DNA from: Verrucomicrobiota bacterium
GTDB lineage: Bacteria > Verrucomicrobiota > Verrucomicrobiia > Limisphaerales > J093
NCBI GenBank assembly: GCA_040766265.1
Contig: JAXGQW010000014.1
Coordinates: 2,494 to 66,493, forward strand
Direction of reading: 5' to 3'
Length of the DNA stretch: 64,000 bases
The translations under genes and the position numbers were made by a program. Shown one piece after another: positions 18,685 through 27,743 of the stretch. Numbering within the stretch: the first letter of the stretch is position 1; every line of letters starts with the position of its first letter. The notes beneath the pieces are model-generated. The model was not told where the DNA came from, did not search any database, and saw only the letters and a list, made by a program, of their open reading frames with translations.

Positions 18685-20550
18685 CTACTTCTTCTGCGCA
18701 GCCGTGCGGGCGGTGGCGATAGCGAGGTATTTCACGGCGAACTCATTGTCGTAAGGCTTGATTTGCCAGGACCGCTCGAACCAGGCCTTGGACGCCTCAA
18801 AATCGCCTTTCTGCATCTCATGCCAGCCTCGAAGCATGACCAGATAGTGGTTGTTCGGATCCAAAGCCAGGGCCTGATCGAAATAGCGCTCGGCGTCGTC
18901 ATGGTGCTTCTGCCAGTCGAGGCACATCCCGTACCGGGCCACGGGAAAGGGATCAAAACGATTCAACGCGATGGCCCTCTCGAACCAGCGTTTCGCCTCC
19001 TCGATCTGCTGCTCCCAGTCCTCTTCCCCCTCCCAACTGATGAGGCGATGACATTCGCCCACCTTCGCGACCGTCTCCGCATTGTTCGGTTCCACCACGC
19101 TCGCCGCGCGCAACAGCGCGACCCGGTGGATTCCGACGTTCGGCTCCTCGGACTTGGTCAACAGGCGCCCTTCGCGATACAGACACGCCAGCCGCGGCAC
19201 CAGGTAGACGAACGTGCCACAGGCCAACAGCGTGACCAGGATGCGCCCCGTCCAGCGCGGTGTGACCCAGTAACGGTCCGTGGCGAAGCGCAGGTGGCTG
19301 GTCAGGCTTGCCATCAGGGTGACGGCGACGATGGCGTTGGCCGGGATCTGCATGTTGAAATCGAGGAACGAATGCACCAGCAGGGCCAGCAGACCCAGGC
19401 CAATGCCCAGCACCGTCGCCGCCCGGTCGCTCTTCTTCACGGTCAAATCGCTCTGGGCGCGCCGGACGTACTTCGCGGTCCTGGCAAATCCAATCGCCAG
19501 AAATGTCAAAAAGGCGCCGATGATCCCCACGCCGATCAGACCCCAGTCCGCCAGCGTGTTCATGTAATCGTTGTGCGCCCAGTACGGACGCGCCTGCACC
19601 AGGATCGGGCGATAAGCCGGGAATCGCACGTCGAAATGGCCGGGACCCACGCCCAGCACCGGGTGGTCGCGCCACATCTTGAAGGCCGGGATCCAGAGCA
19701 ACGGGCGGACCCGGATGTCCTGGTCCTGCCCCGGCAACACGTTGCGAAACCGTTTCTGAACCTCGTGGGCGCGCGTGAGTGAGAAAGCCGCTCCGATCCC
19801 AACCACCAGCACGGTCACCACCACCACCAGCCGGTAACTGCGTTGCCGAAACAACACGACGAAAAACACCAGCAACGCAAAGCCGATCGAAATCCAGCCG
19901 CCGCGGGAAATGGTCGCCCCAATCCCGATGAGCATCACCAGCGCCGCATACCCGTAAAACACCTTCGCCACCGGATTGGCCCGGCTCAGGAAGACCTGCG
20001 CGGCGGCAATGGGCAGGAGCATTTCGAGGAAACCGGCCAGGTGATTGGGGCAAATGTACGTTCCCGAGCCCCGTCCGAAGTAACCCTCCGGCTTGAGGAA
20101 ATGCCAGACGGACTGCGACTGGCTCAACGCCTGGTACACCGCGTACATGGCGTTCAAAGTCGCCAGCCCCAGCAGTGCAATCAACAGCGTCTGCGTCGTC
20201 TCCTGGTGATGCAGGTTGTTCAAGACGATGTAGAACAGCCACCCATACACCAGAATCCGCATCAGCTCCTGCCGGGCCACATACTCGACATCCGCCTGCG
20301 TGTACTGAAAAACCGCATAGGCGACGAACCCAAGCACAGCCCAACAGGCCGGCGGCCATTGGATCCGGTGGCTCGGATTCGCCCAGAATCGCACCACCCA
20401 CGCCGCCGTGCCGAGCATCGCCAACCCACCCAACACCGCAAAATCCTGGCCCCGCACCGCCCCCGTCGCCAGCGGCCCGATTGCCAGAATGGCCAAGACC
20501 ATCCCGACAATCGTCCGCTCACACCACATATCGAGCCTTTGCCGGTCCAT
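18685..20550 (-). CDS. O-antigen ligase/polymerase-like polytopic membrane protein with C-terminal TPR repeats
   Basis: 621 aa with about 10 or more hydrophobic helices. Has a Wzy_C-like segment (LIGIGATISRGGWISIGFALLVFF). The C-terminal soluble part has TPR-like repeats (RYFDQALALDPNNHYLVMLRGWHEMQKGDFEAS). Confidence 0.7.
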   Translation of the reverse strand: MDRQRLDMWCERTIVGMVLAILAIGPLATGAVRGQDFAVLGGLAMLGTAAWVVRFWANPSHRIQWPPACWAVLGFVAYAVFQYTQADVEYVARQELMRILVYGWLFYIVLNNLHHQETTQTLLIALLGLATLNAMYAVYQALSQSQSVWHFLKPEGYFGRGSGTYICPNHLAGFLEMLLPIAAAQVFLSRANPVAKVFYGYAALVMLIGIGATISRGGWISIGFALLVFFVVLFRQRSYRLVVVVTVLVVGIGAAFSLTRAHEVQKRFRNVLPGQDQDIRVRPLLWIPAFKMWRDHPVLGVGPGHFDVRFPAYRPILVQARPYWAHNDYMNTLADWGLIGVGIIGAFLTFLAIGFARTAKYVRRAQSDLTVKKSDRAATVLGIGLGLLALLVHSFLDFNMQIPANAIVAVTLMASLTSHLRFATDRYWVTPRWTGRILVTLLACGTFVYLVPRLACLYREGRLLTKSEEPNVGIHRVALLRAASVVEPNNAETVAKVGECHRLISWEGEEDWEQQIEEAKRWFERAIALNRFDPFPVARYGMCLDWQKHHDDAERYFDQALALDPNNHYLVMLRGWHEMQKGDFEASKAWFERSWQIKPYDNEFAVKYLAIATARTAAQKK

Positions 20551-21068
20551 GCGCGAATGAAACTATGCGACCCGCGGACCAGGGTCACGTGCTTTTCTCG
20601 CGGTTTGACCGTGACCCTTTCCCCTCTCGAATGGCCGAACTCCGCAAGGCCCTGATTGGCGACGGCAATTGTCTCAAGACCCGGACTCTCCCGCGGCGGC
20701 GGGAATCGCCTCTCCGACAACGGATTCACGCGCAGAGCTGGCTCTCGCTGCCTTGCCGTGCACCTTGAATCCCCTTGCCTCAACCGCGCTCGCATGGAAC
20801 AGAATCCCCCGCACTCGGGTGCCGAGCCGCCGGTCGCATGCCCCCGATCCGAGGCTCGCGTTGGGCCGGACGGCGCGCCATGCGTCCTGCCCCGTGATCC
20901 AGTGCATCTGCAAGTTGTCGGTGGGAATGGAGTTTGCGCCGCGTGGGGGCACGCGGCCTACAGCGGGAGTCTCCATCCGTTGTAGGCCCGGTGCCCTCAC
21001 CGGGCGACAGAATACCGACAACTGTCAGATGCACCGCCTGTGATCCTGAGGGCAAAACGCCACTGGAC

Positions 21069-23483
21069 ATGAACGACCTGTCAACCGCGAATCCGGCCAT
21101 GCCGCAAGCAAACGATCCTGCCGGCCCCGTCCGCGCGCGTGTGGCGATCCGCGGCCTGGTGCAGGGCGTGGGCTTTCGTCCGTTCGTATTCCAGTTGGCC
21201 ACAGAACTGGATCTGACCGGCTGGGTCGCCAATTCCCCTGAGGGCGTGTTCGTCGAAATCGAAGGGCACCCCTCGCACATTCGCCAATTCCTCCTGCGTC
21301 TCGATCCCGAGCGCCCGGCGCACAGTTGCATCCAGAGCCTCGAAACAACCTACCTCGATCCCGTCGGCTTCCACCGGTTCGAAATCCGCCCCAGCAACAC
21401 CCAGGGAGAACGAGCGGCGCTGGTCCTCCCGGATATCGCAACCTGCCCATCCTGCCTCAGCGAGGTGTTTGACCCCCAAAACCGCCGCCATAACTACCCC
21501 TTCACCAATTGCACGCACTGCGGACCGCGCTACAGCATCCTTCGCGCCCTGCCTTACGACCGCCCGAATACCTCCATGGCAGACTTTGCGTTGTGCCCAG
21601 CCTGCCGGGCCGAGTACGAAGACCCGCGCGACCGCCGCTTCCACGCCCAACCCAACGCCTGCCCACTCTGCGGCCCCCACATCGAACTGTGGCGTCCGGA
21701 CGGATCCGTCATCCGCACGCACCACGACGCATTGATCGAGGCGGCGCGCGCCGTGCGGGCAGGCGCCGTCGTCGCCGTCAAAAGCCTCGGCGGATTCCAC
21801 CTGGTTGTCCTGGCCGCGGACGATCTGGCCGTCAGCCGCCTGCGCGAGCGCAAGGGGCGCGAGGCCAAACCGTTCGCCCTCCTCTTTCAGTCGACCGATC
21901 AGGTGCGCCAAGTCTGCGCCCTCACGCCCCTCGAAGACCGCCTGCTGCGGTCGGCCGAGGCGCCCATCGTCCTCCTGCGCCGACACCGCGGACGCAGCGG
22001 AGGCGAGGCCGAGGTGGCGCCGGCGGTGGCGCCCGACAACCCTTGCCTGGGCGTGATGCTGCCCAATACCCCTCTGCACCACCTGCTCATGGCGGAAGTG
22101 GGCGGACCCGCCGTCGCCACGAGCGGCAATCGGTCCGACGAACCGCTCTGCACCGACGAACGGGAAGCGCTCGATCGGCTGGGCGGCATCGCTGACCTCT
22201 TCCTGGTCCACAATCGTCCAATCGTCCGCCACGTCGATGACTCGATCGTCCGCGTCGTCCTCGATCGCGAGTTGGTGCTGCGCCGGGCCCGCGGTTACGC
22301 CCCATTGCCCATCGCCGTCCGCGATCCGCTGCCGCCCGTCCTCGCCGTCGGAGCCCATCTGAAAAACACCGCCGCCCTGGCCCGTGGACGCCACGTCTTC
22401 CTGAGCCAGCACATCGGCGATCTCGAGACCCCCGCAGCCCACGCCGCCTTCCAGCGCGTCGTCCACGACCTCCCCGAACTCTTCAACGTCCGCCCCGCTC
22501 TCTACGCGGCCGATGCCCATCCCGACTACCTCTCCACCCAGTGGGCGCGGGCCTCCGGACGCCCCGTGCTCGCCGTGCAACACCATTACGCCCATGCCCT
22601 CGCCTGCATGGCCGAGAATGACGTCGACCCGCCGCTGCTGGGCGTTTCCTGGGATGGCACGGGACTGGGAATCGACCAGACAATCTGGGGCGGCGAATTC
22701 CTGCGCATCACCGCGCACGGATTCGAACGGGCGGGGCACCTGCGCTGCTTTCGTCTTCCGGGCGGCGACAAGGCGGCCCAAGAGCCGCGGCGCGCTGCAA
22801 TCGGTCTCCTCGAGGCGCTGCTGGGCGATGCGGCGTTCGCCAACACCAACCTCGCATCGATCGCCGCCTTCACGGCAACCGAGTTGAAGGGGATTCGCCA
22901 GATGCTCGAGCGGCGAGTCAACACGCCCGCAACCTCGAGTGCCGGCCGGCTCTTCGACGCCGTCGCCTCCCTCCTCGGCCTCCGTCAAAAGGCCGGCTTC
23001 GAAGGCCAGGCCGCCCTCGATCTCGAATTCGCTCTCGAAAACGCACAGACCGACGCCGCCTACCCGATCCACATCCGCCAGTCCACAGCGCTCGTCTCCC
23101 ATGCCGCCCCCGCCCCCGGCGCAATCCATGGCGCCACCGACACATCGAAGGACCCGCCCCCGCAGTTCGTGTTGGATTGGGCCCCGATGATCCAAGGCAT
23201 CCTCGACGATCTCCGTCTGCGGGCGCCCGCATGCGAAATCTCCGCCAGGTTTCACAACACGCTCGCCGAGGGCATCCTCGCCGCCGCGCGCTTCGCCGGA
23301 GAACGCCGCGTGGTCCTCTCCGGCGGCTGCTTCCAGAACCGCTACCTGCTCGAACAAACGGTCCGGCGCTTGCGCGTCGAGGGTTTTAGCCCATACTGGC
23401 ATCAGCGCGTTCCGACAAACGACGGCGGAATCGCCCTCGGCCAGGTGATGGCCGTCGCGCGCGTGCGAACGAAACGAAGTTGA
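21069..23483 (+). CDS. hypF: [NiFe]-hydrogenase maturation carbamoyltransferase HypF
   Basis: ORF 20934..23483. I place the start at ATG 21069. Has an acylphosphatase domain (VAIRGLVQGVGFRPFV), two zinc-finger pairs (CPSC..CTHCGPRYSI; CPAC..CPLCGP), and YrdC-like and Kae1-like domains. Confidence 0.95.
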   Translation: MNDLSTANPAMPQANDPAGPVRARVAIRGLVQGVGFRPFVFQLATELDLTGWVANSPEGVFVEIEGHPSHIRQFLLRLDPERPAHSCIQSLETTYLDPVGFHRFEIRPSNTQGERAALVLPDIATCPSCLSEVFDPQNRRHNYPFTNCTHCGPRYSILRALPYDRPNTSMADFALCPACRAEYEDPRDRRFHAQPNACPLCGPHIELWRPDGSVIRTHHDALIEAARAVRAGAVVAVKSLGGFHLVVLAADDLAVSRLRERKGREAKPFALLFQSTDQVRQVCALTPLEDRLLRSAEAPIVLLRRHRGRSGGEAEVAPAVAPDNPCLGVMLPNTPLHHLLMAEVGGPAVATSGNRSDEPLCTDEREALDRLGGIADLFLVHNRPIVRHVDDSIVRVVLDRELVLRRARGYAPLPIAVRDPLPPVLAVGAHLKNTAALARGRHVFLSQHIGDLETPAAHAAFQRVVHDLPELFNVRPALYAADAHPDYLSTQWARASGRPVLAVQHHYAHALACMAENDVDPPLLGVSWDGTGLGIDQTIWGGEFLRITAHGFERAGHLRCFRLPGGDKAAQEPRRAAIGLLEALLGDAAFANTNLASIAAFTATELKGIRQMLERRVNTPATSSAGRLFDAVASLLGLRQKAGFEGQAALDLEFALENAQTDAAYPIHIRQSTALVSHAAPAPGAIHGATDTSKDPPPQFVLDWAPMIQGILDDLRLRAPACEISARFHNTLAEGILAAARFAGERRVVLSGGCFQNRYLLEQTVRRLRVEGFSPYWHQRVPTNDGGIALGQVMAVARVRTKRS

Positions 23484-23493
23484 AGCTTTAACT

Positions 23494-23811
23494 ATGTGCC
23501 TCGCAGTTCCAGGACGGGTGATCAGCATGGCAACCGACGGCGACGACCTGTCCCGCAGCGGCAAGGTCAGCTTTGGAGGCGTCATCAAGGAGGTCAACCT
23601 CGCCTTCGTTCCCGAAGTCAAGGTCGGTGATTACGTCGTCGTGCACGTCGGCTTCGCCTTGAGCATCGTGGACGAAGCCGAGGCGAACAAGGTTTTCGAT
23701 TACCTGCGCCAGATGGACGAGTTGACGGACCTCCAGCCCGGTGAGGAGCCCGCGCTGCCGCCAGCCGAGGCTGGCCCGACGCCAAATCCCATCCAGCAAA
23801 ATCGGAATTGA
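23494..23811 (+). CDS. hypC: HypC/HybG/HupF-family hydrogenase maturation chaperone
   Basis: Begins MCLAVPGRV. Also has GDYVVVHVGFALSIVDEAEA. Confidence 0.9.
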   Translation: MCLAVPGRVISMATDGDDLSRSGKVSFGGVIKEVNLAFVPEVKVGDYVVVHVGFALSIVDEAEANKVFDYLRQMDELTDLQPGEEPALPPAEAGPTPNPIQQNRN

Positions 23812-23826
23812 TTTCGCCACAGACCC

Positions 23827-23873
23827 TTAGCCCGGATGTTTCATAAGGCTTCGCGGGGTCTCATATCCGGGCT
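23827..23873. repeat. R3-type REP hairpin just downstream of hypC
   Basis: TTAGCCCGGATGTTTCATAAGGCTTCGCGGGGTCTCATATCCGGGCT, nearly identical to 15341-15386. Confidence 0.8.
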
Positions 23874-23888
23874 GTACCGATTCAGCGG

Positions 23889-24053
23889 CCACGGATGGAA
23901 CACGGATGGAACACGGATGGAACATGGATCAGGCAAACCGTTTGGCACCGTTGATCGAGGGCCGTTTTCGGCCACTGGTCAGTGACTGCAAACCGGTCCG
24001 GCAACCGAATCGCAAGCGACTCAATCCGTGGGCTATCCGTGTTTGATCCGTGG
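23889..24053. repeat. Palindromic element whose arms are built from 11-mer tandem repeats
   Basis: Left arm is CCACGGATGGAA CACGGATGGAA CACGGATGGAA CATGGATCAGG (23889-23932). Right arm is ATCCGTGGGCTATCCGTGTTTGATCCGTGG (24024-24053). The loop is about 90 nt. Confidence 0.75.
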
Positions 24054-24074
24054 CTTTGACTGAATGGACGCGGC

Positions 24075-25202
24075 TTAGCCCGGCAGCGCCGATGCCCTCT
24101 CCTCTTCCCAAACCCTGATCGGCTCGTAAAAGGTGTTGCGACGCACGGGAATTCGCCCCGCGTCGCGAATGGCCCCGACCATGTCCGCCTCCGTCTGCAC
24201 CTGCGGCGACCGCGCGCCTGCCATGTGGAAAATGTGCTCCTCGACGATTGTGCCGTGCAGGTCGTCAGCCCCATGGTTGAGTGCAACTTGCGCCAGCTTC
24301 AGCCCCATCCCCACCCAGTACGCCGTGATGTGATCGATGTTGTCCAGGTACAACCGGCTCACGGCAATCGTCCGCAACACATCGAATCCGGTCGGCGCGT
24401 GCCGCACAGGAATGGCGTTGTTCTCGGGCTGATACGGCAGGGGAATGAAGCCGGTGAAGCCGTGGGTTTCATCCTGCAATGCCCGCAGGCGCCGCAGATG
24501 ATCCACCCGGTCGGACGCGGACTCGACATGCCCGAACAACATCGTGCAGGTGCTGCGCCCGCCAAGCCGATGCCACGTCCGATGCACATCCGCCCATTCC
24601 TCAGCCGTCTCCTTGCCGCGCGCAATGGCTTGCCGCACGGTCGGATTGAAGATCTCGGCGCCGCCGCCTGTGAGCGAATCCAGGCCGGCCTCCTTGAGGG
24701 CCACAAGCGTGTCCCGCACCGATTGCCCTGAGAGCCAGCTCAGGTGCAGAACCTCGATCGCCGTGAAGCATTTGAGCTGCAACCGGGAATCGAGCGCCTT
24801 CAACGCCCGCAGCAGGCCCGTATAGTAGTCGAACGGCAACGAGGGATGCAGCCCCCCCACGATGTGCAGCTCAGTAATGCCGAGCGCCAGGGCTTTCCGA
24901 GCCTTCTCGACCATCTGCTCGATCGACAACTCGAAACCGTCCGCATCCCGCTTCTTCCGGGCAAACGCGCAGAACTGGCAACTCAGGATGCAGTAGTTCG
25001 AGTAGTTGATGTACCGGTTGAGAATGTAACTGGCGCGGCGGCCGACTTTCCGCTCGGCTGCACGGTCCGCCAACACGCCCAGGCTGTTCAAATCGCTGCT
25101 GGCAAACAGACGTCCCGCGTCCTCGTCGCACAGCCTCGCGCCGGCCTCGACCTTGTCTTCGAGGTCGCGCCACTCGCTCCGCTCGATCAAGCCATGCATC
25201 AT
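24075..25202 (-). CDS. Radical-SAM menaquinone (futalosine-pathway) enzyme of the MqnC/MqnE/CofH family; I cannot tell which paralogue
   Basis: 375 aa. Motifs: NYSNYCILSCQFCAF (CxxxCxxC), ITELHIVGGLHP, STCTMLFGHVE, FIPLPYQPENN. Confidence 0.8.
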   Translation of the reverse strand: MMHGLIERSEWRDLEDKVEAGARLCDEDAGRLFASSDLNSLGVLADRAAERKVGRRASYILNRYINYSNYCILSCQFCAFARKKRDADGFELSIEQMVEKARKALALGITELHIVGGLHPSLPFDYYTGLLRALKALDSRLQLKCFTAIEVLHLSWLSGQSVRDTLVALKEAGLDSLTGGGAEIFNPTVRQAIARGKETAEEWADVHRTWHRLGGRSTCTMLFGHVESASDRVDHLRRLRALQDETHGFTGFIPLPYQPENNAIPVRHAPTGFDVLRTIAVSRLYLDNIDHITAYWVGMGLKLAQVALNHGADDLHGTIVEEHIFHMAGARSPQVQTEADMVGAIRDAGRIPVRRNTFYEPIRVWEEERASALPG

Positions 25203-26428
25203 GCCTCATCCTGTCCAAGCAGATGGCTGAAAAGGCCGTCGCGCAGCTTCGGCTCGAACCATGTGCTCTTGGGCGGCATCGTTTCACCCCGATCCGCAAT
25301 GACCATCAGGTCCTCGATCACCGTCGGAAACAAGGCGAAGGCACACGCGCTCGAACCGCAGTCGACCAATCGCTCCAGCTCCGCCGTCCCGCGCACCCCC
25401 CCCACGAATCCAATCCGATCGCTTGTCCGCGGGTCGCCAATGGCCAACACCGGCTCGAGTACATGCCGCTGCAACAACGTCACGTCCAGACGATCCATCG
25501 GGTCCGCACCCCCGATGAGGCGCTGACGGAACCGCAACTTGCGCCAATGCCCGGCCATGTAGAGGCTCACCTCGTGTTTCGCGCCGGGGTGGTCCGGCAA
25601 GCCGGGCGCGGGCTCGAAGATCGACTCGAACCGGGTCGAGAGCGTCGCGGGCGTATGGCCGTTGAGATCTTTCACAACCCGATGATAGGCCAGAATCCGG
25701 AGCTGGTTGTGCGGGAAGATCACCGCCAGAAAATGACCGCTCCCTCCCCGTCCACCCCGGGCGCGACAGACTCGGGCGGCGGCGGCGGTCCGATGATGGC
25801 CGTCGGCGATGTACAAACACGGCATGCGCGCGAAGGTCCGTTCGATGAACTCGAGATCACGCCCGTCCTCGATGACCCACGCGGCGTGGCCCACACCGTC
25901 CCGTGCGGTCCACTCGACCTGTGGAGGCGCTTCAGCGCGGCGCGCGACCAGGCGATCCAGTGCATCGTCGGCCCGGGAGACAAGAAACGCCGGACCGGTC
26001 TGGGCGCCCAGCGCGTCAATGTGGCGCATGCGGTCGTCCTCCTTCTCGATCCGGGTCAATTCGTGCCTCTTGATCAGGCCGGCCTCGTAATCGGCGCAAC
26101 TGGCCACCCCCACGATCCCAGTCTGCTGGTGCGGCCCCATGGTCTGGCGATACAAATAGAACCGAGGCGCCACATCCCGCACCAGAACGCCATCCGCGAC
26201 CAAACGCGCCAGATTCTCATGGCCCCGATCATACACCGCTGCCGAATAAGGATCCGTGCCGACGGCGAGGTCGATCTCCGGCTTGCTCACATGCAGGAAG
26301 CTCAGCGGATTCCCGGACGCCTGCGTTCGGGCCTCTTCAGTCGAAATGACGTCATAGGGCAATTCGCAGACGCGATCCGCGGCGTCCGCCCGCGGTCTCA
26401 GTGCCGCGAAGGGTTTCACCTCAGGCAT
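25199..26428 (-). CDS. DUF1015-family protein (function unknown)
   Basis: 409 aa. Begins MPEVKPFAALRPRADAADRVCELPYDVISTEEAR. Also has CLYIADGHHRTAAA. The stop overlaps the start of the downstream mqn gene by 4 nt. Confidence 0.8.
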   Translation of the reverse strand: MPEVKPFAALRPRADAADRVCELPYDVISTEEARTQASGNPLSFLHVSKPEIDLAVGTDPYSAAVYDRGHENLARLVADGVLVRDVAPRFYLYRQTMGPHQQTGIVGVASCADYEAGLIKRHELTRIEKEDDRMRHIDALGAQTGPAFLVSRADDALDRLVARRAEAPPQVEWTARDGVGHAAWVIEDGRDLEFIERTFARMPCLYIADGHHRTAAAARVCRARGGRGGSGHFLAVIFPHNQLRILAYHRVVKDLNGHTPATLSTRFESIFEPAPGLPDHPGAKHEVSLYMAGHWRKLRFRQRLIGGADPMDRLDVTLLQRHVLEPVLAIGDPRTSDRIGFVGGVRGTAELERLVDCGSSACAFALFPTVIEDLMVIADRGETMPPKSTWFEPKLRDGLFSHLLGQDEA

Positions 26429-26658
26429 ACCGGAGAATCAGACTAGGGACCACCCGGCCCAAACGCACGCCGAAAGTGAGCGCCCAAAGCGGGCAAGCGG
26501 GCCAAGCGCGGGACAAACCGGTGGGGGTTGAGTATGGAATAAGGCAGTCAATAGAGATAAAGTGACAGGTTTTTAATTATTGACATGTCTTTGGCGTTAG
26601 AGCACGTTTACCGCAGGCGATGGCAAGGTAATGGAGTGAGTTGAAAGAGAGGCATTGT

Positions 26659-27630
26659 ATGCGGATGGCACGGATCAAGATCAGCGGGCGCGGGGCGGTG
26701 TATCACTGCATGTCGCGTGTGGTGGGCGGGCAGAGGCTTTTGGGGGCGCTGGAGAAGGAGAAGCTGCGGGAGATGCTCTGGCAGCAGGCGGCTTTCAGCG
26801 GGGTGGAGATCATCACCTACTGCCTGATGGCCAACCATATCCACCTGCTGGTGCGCATTGGGGTCGAGACCGGGGCCAGCGACGCGCAACTGGTGGATCG
26901 GGCGCTCAAGTTCTACGGCAAGAAGAGCCTCTACGTGCAGACGCTGCGCCAGGCGTTGGAGAAGCAGGGGGCGCTGCCCGAGGATCTGCGGGAGGGGTTG
27001 CGGGAGCGGATGGGGGATGTGTCGGCGTTCATGAAGGAACTCAAGCAGCGGTTCAGCAAGTGGTACAACCGGCAACAGAACCGGTACGGGACGCTGTGGG
27101 CGGAGCGGTTCAAGAGCGTGTTGGTGGAGGATCAGCCCAGCGCGGTGCAGGCGGTGGCGGCGTACGTGGACTTGAATGGGGTGCGAGGGGGGCTGGTGAA
27201 GGATCCCAAGGAGTACCGGTGGTGCGGGTACGCGGAGGCTGTAGGGGGGAATGGATTGGCGCGCAAGGGATTGGGGAGCATCTATGGGTGGGGGGATTGG
27301 GGGAGAGTGGGGAGGGAATATCGGCAGGTGTTGTTGGTGAGCAGCGGGAGTGCGGGGAGTGCGGGCAAGGTGGTGCTGGATGCGGAGGAGATTCGGCGTG
27401 AGTTGAAGAGGAAGGGGGAGTTGAAGCTGGGACAGGTGTTGCGGTTGCGGGTGAGGTATTTCAGCGACGGAGTGGTGCTGGGGTCGCGGAACTACGTGAA
27501 CGAGGTATTCCGGGAGTTCCGGGATCGGTTTGGGGCGAGGCGGCGGGATGGGGCGCGACCGATGCGGGGATTGGGAGCGTTGGGGGAGTTGGCGACGATG
27601 CGGGATTTGCAGGTGAATGTCGTGGGATAG
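26659..27630 (+). CDS. IS200/IS605-superfamily Y1 HUH transposase-like protein (RAYT-like), single-copy, not inside a recognisable IS
   Basis: Start at ATG 26659 (MRMARIKISGRGAVYHCMSRV). HUH motif CLMANHIHLLV. Tyr-region KWYNRQQNRYGTLWAERFKSVLV. Has a long C-terminal extension. I saw no terminal hairpins of IS200 type beside the gene. Confidence 0.75.
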   Translation: MRMARIKISGRGAVYHCMSRVVGGQRLLGALEKEKLREMLWQQAAFSGVEIITYCLMANHIHLLVRIGVETGASDAQLVDRALKFYGKKSLYVQTLRQALEKQGALPEDLREGLRERMGDVSAFMKELKQRFSKWYNRQQNRYGTLWAERFKSVLVEDQPSAVQAVAAYVDLNGVRGGLVKDPKEYRWCGYAEAVGGNGLARKGLGSIYGWGDWGRVGREYRQVLLVSSGSAGSAGKVVLDAEEIRRELKRKGELKLGQVLRLRVRYFSDGVVLGSRNYVNEVFREFRDRFGARRRDGARPMRGLGALGELATMRDLQVNVVG

Positions 27631-27703
27631 GGGCCCAGGTCCTCGGGTGAGCCGCGCTGAGGCGCGTCGGGAGGCGTGATGTCCACGACCGCCAGGATTC
27701 GGG

Positions 27704-27742
27704 GGCCGTTGCGCACAGGGAGAGCGCAACGGCCGGTTTTTT
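27704..27742 (+). terminator. Rho-independent terminator after the RAYT-like gene, abutting the tyrS stop
   Basis: GGCCGTTGCGC-acagggaga-GCGCAACGGCC stem, then GG and TTTTTT. Confidence 0.75.
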
Positions 27743-27743
27743 G

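Noticed and set aside
14190-24053. CRISPR arrays: the GTTTCACC..GATTC motif pair, the 11-mer tandem, and the ~70-nt tandem.
   Set aside because: There are only two copies about 1 kb apart, or units with no spacers, or inverted geometry. I see no cas genes in the window.
26608-27729. 373-aa Pro/His/Gln-rich ORF on the minus strand.
   Set aside because: It is antisense to the RAYT-like gene, has extreme low-complexity composition, and shows no motifs.
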